Source of the DNA: Monocercomonoides exilis PA203
Taxonomy: Eukaryota > Protista > Preaxostyla
Length of the DNA stretch: 64,000 nucleotides
Assembly: GCA_001643675.2 (NCBI GenBank)
Contig: LSRY02000027.1
Location: 806,001-870,000 of the forward strand
Direction: 5' to 3'
The position numbers were made by a program, and so were the translations under genes. A model generated the notes under the pieces. That model made no database searches and was not told the DNA's origin. It saw nothing but the letters and a program-made list of their open reading frames with translations. Of this stretch, positions 1-10,000 are shown in pieces; position 1 is the stretch's first letter, and each line of letters begins with the position of its first letter.

Positions 1-2607
1 AGAAGAGAAGAAGATGAAGTTAATAAAGGACTTGAAAAAGTTAAATACAAATACACAAAAGAATCAAACGAAAATCGAAGAAAATTTGAAAAAGAAGGAG
101 AAAATGCAAAATTTCCAATGAAGAATTCTTCTTCATCAAAAGGAGCAGCAGCAACGCCAAATGCAATTTCATCACTAAAGCATTTAACTTGGAGATGGTT
201 AGAAGAACAATCTTCGTCGATATCTTCTTCTCTATGCACTTCAGCCTCTTCAACCGCATCTTGGTTCTCAATGCTTTCTCTTCTTCCCCACACCCCTTTT
301 CCTTCTTATCGGCAGCTTTCTTTCTTCTTTGCTGAGCAGCTCATATCTCCCTCTGCAGGCAAGTATTCTTTGCCACCGGAGGCGCTTTTGCCTGAAAAAG
401 GGGATTTCATTGGGATTGACTGTGAAAGTGTTATTCTCAACAGCAACGCTTTAGGAATCACATTGCCATTCAATTGGATTGCACACACAGAGCAAACATC
501 AACAGATTTGAAGAATACTTCAAATGAGAAAGCACCTTCAAAAATAGTTTCCACAGAAATGAAAGAGAATGATAGTGAAAATTCATCGATTTTTTCAAAG
601 AATACAATTTCTTTAATGCTTTCTAGGTATTTGGAAGCAAATCCAACAGTTCCTCTTTTTCCTCAAAAGAAAGTTGGAGATGGCTGGATTGTGTTCACTC
701 CAAGGAAACGGAATGTGTTTGCATTTAAAGACACATTGGAACCATCATCATTGTCTGTTAATGCGCAGAAAAAGCTTTGTTCTCGCCCATTTGCACTTCC
801 TAAATCGTTTCATGCTGCTTTCTTCTCTCCTTTCATTTCTGTTGTTGCATCGCCTGCTTATTCATCGCTTGTTTCTTCCTCTTCTTCTCTCACTTCATCA
901 CTCAACATTCTGTCTTCTTTCCATTCAATGGGCAGAGTTAGCCTTGTGACATTTCTGAATCCTACCTCAGCATCATCAAAGCATTATGCAAGCAATCTTT
1001 CCAACACTTCATCTGCGTTTAGCTATTCATCTTCTTCAACATCTGTGCCTCTCACATCAACTAGCGTGAATTCCGTTTCTTCTTCATTTTCTCCTCTTCA
1101 ACCTCCTCCTCTTCCTTTGAAAGCACGAGTCATCAGTGATGTTCTTGTTACACACACTATTAACGATGTCACGGATTACTTGACATTTGTTTCTGGGCTA
1201 CAGAAAGAAATGATTGATGAAAAGCAGCAAAAGAAGGAAGCTGGCGTGAAGAATGAGATTGGAGGCGGAATCAGTATTTCTCATTCTCACAAAAATTCTG
1301 CTCCATCTTCTTCTGGTTTGCATGCAGATTCCGCTTCTTCAGATCAAAAGTTTTTCTCATTTGCAGCAGGGTCATCAGCAATGACTTCTTTTCCTCAAGA
1401 GTCTTCTTCAATGCCGAATCTTCTTCCCCCATCATCATCGCGCCTTCCTCTTCTTCATCGCTCTGAAGTTGTCACGTTTCTTCAGTTTCTTGTGTGGCGT
1501 GGCTGTGTGTTTGTTGGGCATGCTGTGAACGGAGATGTTAACCAGTGCTCAATCTCTCCTGCCCCATCGCGCACTGCAGATACAGTTATACTCCTGAGAC
1601 TTCCATTTCGCAGGTTTCTTTCACTGAAAGTGTTGTGCTTGTGTGTGTGTGGATGGACAATGCAGACTGCAGAGCACTCTTCGGCAATTGATGCGTGGGG
1701 CGCACTGGCACTTTGGTTGTTTTATGTTTGCGTTGTGGGGAGACAGAGATGGCTCAGGAAAACATTGAGTCTTACGAATTTAAATGAAACGATCTCTTCA
1801 ACAGGAAGCGAAGGCAAAGAAAGTTTAGGATTGGAAAATGCGACAGTGCTTAAACAATTTGAGCAAGATGGAAGGGCACACATAGGTTCTGCTCATCGAC
1901 CTTATCCTCATATTCCAAGCATCGATGAACGAAAACATCGGAATGAGGAATCATTTGGGTGGGAAGAATTGTGCGACTCACTATTTCAAACATTTTCAGC
2001 ACATGAATCAAATCATTGCACAAATCAAATGAATCTCATTCGCTCGTTCATGTTATATCCAGAAACTGGAGACCCGTGGGAGTGGGGCAGAGGTCAATTT
2101 CTGGAAGAAAAGCTTATTGGAGATGTGGGCTCCGAAGATCTTTGTAGAGGTGATGTGGAAGATTTTGAAAGAAAAGGCGAATTTTTGTCGCATTTGATTA
2201 GCGGCTTGATTCCCACTCATACTTCAGAATTTGAGAAATCTAATCTATCGAGAAAAATGCCATTGCCACCGCAGCAGTATCTTTCTGAAGGTGTGGCTGG
2301 CGCAACTCATTCAGAATATTTCATCCCTCAGAATCCATTTTCTATGGCTTCGTCACAGATACTGAATGAGCCTCTTCCACGTCATTCATCATTTAACTTT
2401 TACAATTTGCAATCATCCAATCTACCATTACAGAATCAGAATTCTCCTTCTCATAGGCGTGTTCATCAAGACGTATTACTGAATGTACCTCAACGGTCGA
2501 AGCATGCACCATCATCTTCACCTTCTGAACTTCTCAAAGAATTTTTGGAGCATGCATACTTTGTAGCAAACAGAGAACGATGGGGTGTGCAAAAACATCA
2601 CAGATAA
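1..2607 (+). CDS. PAN2: PAN2-like poly(A) deadenylase, 3' part (left-arm copy; 5' end lies outside the window)
   Basis: Frame is open from base 1. DEDDh exonuclease motifs in PAN2 order: FIGIDCESV, MGRVSLV, DYLTFVSGL, LVWRGCVFVGHAVNGD, DTVILL..RRFLSLKVL, QTAEHSSAIDAWGALALW. Near-identical to the C-terminus of 36899..44956. Confidence 0.8.
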   Translation, partial: RREEDEVNKGLEKVKYKYTKESNENRRKFEKEGENAKFPMKNSSSSKGAAATPNAISSLKHLTWRWLEEQSSSISSSLCTSASSTASWFSMLSLLPHTPFPSYRQLSFFFAEQLISPSAGKYSLPPEALLPEKGDFIGIDCESVILNSNALGITLPFNWIAHTEQTSTDLKNTSNEKAPSKIVSTEMKENDSENSSIFSKNTISLMLSRYLEANPTVPLFPQKKVGDGWIVFTPRKRNVFAFKDTLEPSSLSVNAQKKLCSRPFALPKSFHAAFFSPFISVVASPAYSSLVSSSSSLTSSLNILSSFHSMGRVSLVTFLNPTSASSKHYASNLSNTSSAFSYSSSSTSVPLTSTSVNSVSSSFSPLQPPPLPLKARVISDVLVTHTINDVTDYLTFVSGLQKEMIDEKQQKKEAGVKNEIGGGISISHSHKNSAPSSSGLHADSASSDQKFFSFAAGSSAMTSFPQESSSMPNLLPPSSSRLPLLHRSEVVTFLQFLVWRGCVFVGHAVNGDVNQCSISPAPSRTADTVILLRLPFRRFLSLKVLCLCVCGWTMQTAEHSSAIDAWGALALWLFYVCVVGRQRWLRKTLSLTNLNETISSTGSEGKESLGLENATVLKQFEQDGRAHIGSAHRPYPHIPSIDERKHRNEESFGWEELCDSLFQTFSAHESNHCTNQMNLIRSFMLYPETGDPWEWGRGQFLEEKLIGDVGSEDLCRGDVEDFERKGEFLSHLISGLIPTHTSEFEKSNLSRKMPLPPQQYLSEGVAGATHSEYFIPQNPFSMASSQILNEPLPRHSSFNFYNLQSSNLPLQNQNSPSHRRVHQDVLLNVPQRSKHAPSSSPSELLKEFLEHAYFVANRERWGVQKHHR

Positions 2608-3242
2608 AGAAGGAAGGAAATATTATGGAAAAAAACAGATTTTGTCGGCATGTAACGTACTTTTGCTAATTCTCAAAAGATTCAACAAGATGTGTTGATA
2701 GATGTTCAAAAATCGCATTTGTGCAAAAACGTCAAAAAAAAAAATCCTGATCTTTTCTTTAATGAAAAATAAGTATAGCTCCTGTTAATATTAACATTTA
2801 AAGCTTTTTTCCTGATTAAAAGATATTTCATTTCAATTTTTAATGAATTTGCTTTTTTTTTCATCATCCGAATAATAATTCATATTAAATTTTCGATATG
2901 GATTATGAAATACAAAATCGTTGTATATTCATTTCTCGTTTTAGCTTGAAAAAATAATAACAATTAATTCATCCATGGATGAATGGGAACAAAACGCACT
3001 GTTCAAAAAATAACACAAATAGAGTTTTATTTCTAAAAAAAAGCAGGACTAAATGGATATAAAGCAATCAATAAAATTGAAATATTCATTTTCGACTCAA
3101 AATTCAAGTGATAAATAATCGCCTTTTTCATCAAAAAATCTATGAACAAACCCCAATAATATTATTTCTCAGAAATTTTTATTAGGTTTAAGAGAGGCTA
3201 TTGGTTTCAATTCCTTCACAACGAGTGAATTAGGGTATGATA

Positions 3243-3498
3243 TGGGTAATTATTTTTGTAATCATATTTTTTCAAACAAAATTTTCGGAAAGAAAAATTT
3301 CATTGAGCATTAACAAATGAACACTGAAAAATGAAATGGCTTATAAAAGATGTCTTCATCTTTATTTCAACAAAAACATTTGTTTGTGAAACTATTGGAA
3401 AGTATTTTGCATATAAATTCAAAATTTCTTTCCAAAGACTAACAACCTTTGAAAAACAGCGTTCCGAAAAAAGTTATGATTTCAAAAATAATCACCCA
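3243..3498. mobile_element. ~256-bp MITE with ~24-bp imperfect TIRs, TA-flanked (right end is a recombinant junction)
   Basis: TA|TGGGTAATTATTTTTGTAATCATA ... TATGATTTCAAAAATAATCACCCA|TA; no coding capacity; same-size relatives at 33499, 36007 and 58392. Confidence 0.75.
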
Positions 3499-3501
3499 TA
3501 T

Positions 3502-3502
<1 letters not shown>

Positions 3503-3541
<39 letters not shown>

Positions 3542-3581
3542 GTCCCAATAGAAAAAAAGGGTCCCGATAAATAACTGACCC
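3503..3581. mobile_element. Orphan end of the pogo-like transposon (poly-A run plus a single TIR at 3560-3581)
   Basis: GGTCCCGATAAATAACTGACCC|TA is identical to the TIR of the 33419-35768 element; the rest of the element is missing in this arm. Confidence 0.85.
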
Positions 3582-4040
3582 TATGTATGTTAAATTTCGG
3601 ATAGAATTTTTTTGAATTGATGAAAAATATTATGATTTGTTCCAAACTTTTTTTGCAATCGAATAATTGTAATTCTGACATTCTGGTGCAAAATAAAATA
3701 TTGAAATATTCAAAAGTTGAGAAAAATCTTTGTTAGCCATACGTGGAACAAAATTCTTGAAGCTTTATATTTCGTCACATTGGACAAACAACTAAAAAAA
3801 ATTGGTTGTTTTTTTTTTTTTTCAGAATTTTTAAACGTTCAAATATCTCATATTATCACCGCTTTTCAATAGTTAGAATTATTGAAAACATTAAAAATAT
3901 CTTTTTAATGAATGCAAATCACTATATATTAAATAAAAAAAAAAGGGTTCAAAGAAAACTAGATTCTAAAAAAAAGGGAGAACAAACTAATTGAGATCTG
4001 CAAAAGCAAAAAGGAATAATTAATTCACCAAAAATCAAAA

Positions 4041-7000
4041 ATGTTCAAAGCACTTACGTTATTCATGATAATCTCGGCTCTTCATACAAATAATTTATGT
4101 GAATGTTTCTTATCTCAAATTATCCTGACAACAAATGTTCCAATTTATAACGAAATAGCCCAACTCAAATATTCTCCAAATTTGATTCAGCCACCACTTT
4201 TATGTGTGATAAACTTTTTTCGTAAAAAATGACACATTAATTATTTCAATAATCATTCATAAAACACACAGATACAAAATTTTCAACTCTTGTTTTCACA
4301 ACAAACTGCACCCTGAGTTTGCAGAAGTTGCAGTTGAGCCAAATGCCCGATAGTCACTTTCTTTCATCCAGTGATTCACCTGAAATCAGATTTCATTCCT
4401 GCATCATGTGCGTGGCAAATCCACAACAGAACAGCTTCATCAGCATTCGCTCCACAGTGCTGATTCTGAATAATCTGACAGTGCTGCTTCACCCTCCAGG
4501 GCACACCATCCAACCGCTGATCGATCCATCTTTGCAAAGTCTGAGCAGAAAGACTGCATATTCAATGCTGTCTGTTTCCTCGTCATCGTTTTCATCATTT
4601 TCACTGGAAGAATCTTTGCCGTTCTTTTCATCAAACACTCTGGAGCACCTCCACATCAGAAATACACACTTTTCCAACATTTCGCTGTCTCCTTCAGCTT
4701 TCCCCCAAAATGAAAAGCATACTGCTTCATGTTCCGCATGCACAATGCTGGCTGAACTGTCCATGTTTGAATGTGTCGAAAATGCACTGTATGGCAGCCT
4801 TTTTGAAAGCATCTGCAGGAAAGGAGGCTTTGCTTTTCTGAATTGCTCTTTTCACAAATGCAATCGTCAAAGAGAGTTAATTACCGAGCGAGTTGATACA
4901 TCTATTGCAAATGTTTCTTTATTCAGTGATGTGGACTTCATTATGACCAAAACTCATCAAGGAATTGGAGGGGCAATTTTTCATTCAGCAAATAGTTCTC
5001 TAAATATCAGAAGATGCTACTTTAGTAATTGTATGGTAAGTGAAAGCGGAGGTGCTGTTTGCTCAATATTCAATCAAAGAGTCGATGTAATGTATTCCAA
5101 TTTCTCTAATTGCAACGCTGATAAATACGGAGGAGGCTGCATAATATATAATGAATCATTTTTGATAATTCAAAAATGTTCATTTGAAAATTGTTCTGAT
5201 AAAAATGGAGGAGGAGCAATAAATCATCACACAAGTAATGAAAATGACATTATTGATCAATGCTTATTCCAAAACTGCAGATGCAATGGAACCGATCAAG
5301 GTGGTGGTGGAATTGACATTGGTTCATCATGCAAAACAATTATCAAAAATTGTGTATTTTCAAACTTGGTATCAGCAATTCTTGGAGGAGGAATAACCAT
5401 ACATACGCATCCCAGCCACGAATCAACATGTCGGCTCCTCTTTTGCTTATTCCGAAACAACACTTCCGAATCAGACGAAGGACACGATATTCACGTTGCA
5501 AACAATGTGACGTTATTGTTCAATGAGACATCGCTCGAGACTTGCCGAACATTCACCAACAAAGAACGGAGAGTGGTGGTGGCTGATGTCGAGTGCGATG
5601 GCTGGCTGCGGCGCATGAATTATCCGATTTATGTGAGCAGTGCCAGAGGAAGCGGAGAAGGGATGTGCGGTTGGGCAGAAAGAAAGTGCAAAACAATTGC
5701 CATTGCGCTCGAAATGCCGCTGTGGGGGATCGGAGCAGAGGACGAGCCTATTGTGCAGCTGGAGTCTGAAAGCCTGAGCGAATGTCCGCTTGTGGTTGAG
5801 AGGATAAAAGTGCTGGTGAAGGGCGTTTCAAACGAGCTGACTATCATCAGCAAAGACATCACTGCATCGCCTTTGCCACTGCAACAGCCGTTGATAAGTG
5901 TGGCTGGTGGTGAGTTGAGATGGACAAACTCTTCATTGATGCATGATCCGTCGATATCCTCTGAATGCCCTCTTGCACAGATCACTTCATCAGGAGTTTT
6001 TGTTCTTGAGGAATGCATAATCGCACCAGGAGGCGCACAATCAGCCGCTTCTGCCAGGTTCGAATCTCCCTTAATCCTTGTTGCATCTGCTGGAAAACTG
6101 AATCTGTTAAGCACCAAAATTGTGGGATTCTCGCTTGCGGATGCAGCAGCAATTTCAGTGGAGGGAGGATCCACAGTGTGCGCAAATGCAACATTTTCAG
6201 AGATTGTGAGAAGCTCAGGAAGTGGAGCAGCAATTCATGGCTCGCTTCAGAGCGCATGCACACTGGATCTGGACAACACTTCGCTGGCAAATTGCGGATG
6301 CAGCAGCAATGATGGAGGGGGGATCTGGGCAAGCCTTGGAGAAGGGAGCTTCATGGAAATTGGAAAGAGTTCACTGGCACTGTTCTCACAATGCACAGTT
6401 TCCAAGGAAGGACCTGCTTGCAGGGGTGGAGGGTCGTATGTAACTGTCTCTGGGGAAGATGCAAAATTCAAGTTCCAGCACGTTGATTTTCAGTCGTGCG
6501 ATGGGTGGAAAGGCAGAAACATGTTTGTGAGCGCTCCGCGTCTGAGCACAGTAATTAGCAGAGATTCGATTGCCTTTGGCACAGATAGCATGGAGGATGA
6601 CGATCTGATGGGATACGAAGACGGATTTGGCACAGATCCAGTGCCGCTGAAAGCCTTCCTGATTGAATTTGGAGGAAAAGGGTATGTTGGGGGAGAGAAA
6701 AGCCGCGACTTCAGAGGATGTGGCAGTAAAGAGTATCCATGCTGTTCAGTTCAGTACACAGGACTGCTGCTCTTTGAAAACACAAAAAGAATAATCGTGC
6801 TGAACAGCGGATTTGTCTGGAATGATGCAGCGGAGATGACTGGCCCAGCATGGGACATAGGGTGTACGGCACAGGAAAAGATCAGAGTTGGAGCATCACG
6901 AGCTGCAAATGCAGAAGCTATGATTGCTGCAAAAGCCAATACGGACATTACAAACGTGATGTTCGCTGTGCCCGGCAGATTGTCTCCTTCGGACTCGTCA

Positions 7001-10000
7001 AGCAATGCAGTGCTGATCCAGGGGCTGAACGGAACACTGAAGCTGTCTCTTTGCGGGATACAAATGGATCAGCAAACAGAAGCTGTGAGCTATGGGCTGA
7101 TTTGCATGAAGGGCGGGTCATTGGAGTGCATTCAATTCAATGCAGCGGGATTGCGCATGAGCGGAGTCAGCCTGTTTGTAATCGAGAATACGTGTGCCAG
7201 TGCAAGACTGGACAAGTTGTCGCTCACAAACACAACCACAACAGCGGAGACTGGACTGATTGAGGCAAAAGCAGGGAGCAGCATAGAACTGAGGAATTCG
7301 ACACTTGCTTGGCAAGACGGAGCGTTATGCTGCCACTTTGTAAAGATGAGCGACAGCGGAGCGGTTGATGCGAGCAGAAGTGCAGTTGTGCAGCTTGCGA
7401 ATAACACAGCCAGCAACATGATACTTGAAAGAAGCGGAGGATGCGTCGTCGAGGGGGTTGTGAAGTGCGGAAGCACGCTGATTGTTGTTGGAGGAGTGTT
7501 TGAGAACTGCACCAGCATCGACGGGAATGGCGGTGGGATTAGCGTGAAGCTGGAGAGCGGCTCGTCGATGCAGCTGGGGAATGCTGAGTGTGCTGTGGAG
7601 CTGAGGAAATGCGAGGCCCAGGAAAGGGATGCAGTGGGGTCGGGGAATGGAGGCGGGATATTCATTGAAATGATTGGCAATGCAGAAGATATATTGCTGG
7701 AATCTGCCCTGTTCAGCAACTGTGTTGCCGCAAGGGGCAATAATGTGTTTGTTGTTGCTGCAGACTTGTCGAGACTTATTACTCCTGAAAGAGTGAAAAT
7801 GGCAGTGAACTTGAGGGATATAAGGGGATTGAGCGGGTTTGAGAGGAGCACCACAAACGAGCAGTATGCAATTCCTCTGGTGGTGTATCTGTGGGATAAC
7901 TTCAGCGGGTGTGGATTTGCGGATGAGGAGAGTGGAGGCGACTTTAGTGCCTGCGGGTTTGAGCAGACACCGTGCAAGACACTTGATTACGAAATACTTC
8001 TTCGGCGCACAAAACAGTTTTCTTCCACATCCTCTCTTCCACTCTTCTCGCTTTGTGTTTCCTCAAGGTCTTATCTGAACGCAGCAGTGGCATTACACGA
8101 ACTCAACCCATCAAGCTCAGCGTCTGCACTCCCTTTTCCACACACTTGGCATTTGAACTTTCTCAATGGCAATGCATCTTCTGGATCGGAGTTTTCATTG
8201 ATTGGGAGCGCAGGAGATTCGGCTGTGGCTGTGAACAATTCTCTTGGGGGAGAGGAAAATGCAGCTATCACTTCGTCAATTGAGCTGACTGTGCGAAATC
8301 TGCAAATCATCCTTCCGATTGTGCAAACAGGAAGCAGAGCATGCATCATCTCTTCGAGTAAAATGCTGCACATCGACAAATGCACATTCAGCACAGGTGA
8401 AGAGCACAGACTCGGATGCTTCTTGCTCGAAATAGTTAAAGGCAGCTTTGATGGGAAAGATGTAGTGTTTGGCTCGAGCTCGTCTGCCGTCGATCTGACT
8501 TGCAAAGAATCAGCTGTCATGATCAGTCCGTTGAGTGCAACTTCTTTCATCAACTGCACATTCAGAAGCGTGCGCCACGCAGATGGAAACTCTTCCTGCA
8601 TTTCTGTCAAAGAAGGAGAAGAGGATGGAGAAGAAGAAGGAGAAACAGCAATTGAGATTGAAGACTGCACATTCGACGGTTGCAGCGTTTGCGCTGGAAG
8701 CGGCGTTGGAGGAGGGATCATGACAGCAAAAGGAAACCGTCAGAGGCTTTGGATAACCAATACTTCTTTGTGGAGATGCTCAGTGCCAAGCGACTCAGCG
8801 AGTGGCAGGGGCTTAGGGGGCGGACTGTTTGTCTCGTGTTGGGGCGCATCTTCCTTCAGGCTCGCCACTGTGTCATTTTCAGAATGCAATGCATGGAGAG
8901 GGAAGAACATGTTTGTTAGCTCGGACAACCTAAGTGAGAGAGTCACGAGGGAGTCAATGAACATTGTGATAGATGTTGAGATAGAGGAGGCACCAGACTT
9001 CGACGAGTTTTGCGGCTATGAGAATGAAGTCACTTCAACCGCTGTTCCGTTGGTGCTGTTTTTGCGAGATCCTCCACAACCCGTGCTCATTGGCGGAGAT
9101 TCTGCGGAGGAATGTCGGGTGTGTGGCTACATAGACTTTCCCTGTCCGTCGATTCCTTATGCTGTGGAGAACAGATTCAAAGAAGGAAAAGCAATCCTCA
9201 GGCTTCTCGAATCCTTCGCATTTCGCGATCATCTTGCTCTCAAAACACAAGAAATGTTCATCGACACAGCAGAAGAAAGACACAAGATTGCAGTGAATTC
9301 TGGAGGAAGCGGAGAAGAAATCGGCTTGATTGAGACCGGAAATGCGATCACATTCAATAACATCACTTTTCTCCTTCCTCCTTCGCTGTCGATGAGAGAA
9401 GTGCTCTTATTATGCTCAAGCTCCACTTGCATTGTGAACGGCTGCTCGGCTGAAATGAAAGAAGCAGGGCAGCAGCCATTGTTCGGGCTGTTTGCCGTTG
9501 AAGGGGGAAAATTGGTTGTGATGGATTTCGAAGTGTGCAACATGTTGTTTGGATCTGAATATCTGATATCTGTTCGGAGCATCGGAAGAAGCTCCGAGGC
9601 ACAACTGAGCAATGTGCACTGGGAGGGAGTGCAGAAAAGCGGCACAAGAGGGCTGATAGAAGTCGGACCAGGGTGTATCCTAAAAGTTGAAAAGAGCGGA
9701 TTTGGAAATGCAGAGGAAGTGAGCTGCTGCATGATTGAGGCGAACGGGAAGGCAGATGTGACAATATTAGACACACTGTTTAATGGAGTCACTCGCGGAA
9801 CAGGAAAAGGGGCAGCATTCAGCGGGAATTTCGATGAAGACGGGTCAGCCACTTTTAGAAACAACACATTTGACAGATGCAAGTGCGCTGCAGAACTGAC
9901 AGGAGGAGCAATATATGCAAATGTGGAATCAAGAGGGCAGTTGATATTCGACAACAACTCCGTGAGTTCGTGCGAGGTGCCAACAGTCGAAGGATTGGGA

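Noticed and set aside
3503-3540. Poly-A run as a retroposon tail
   Set aside because: It lies inside the DNA transposon end next to the TIR, with no TSD or retroelement body
4866-5245. Diversity-generating retroelement-like VR/TR pair
   Set aside because: Differences involve all four bases and many synonymous sites rather than adenines only, and no reverse transcriptase is in the window
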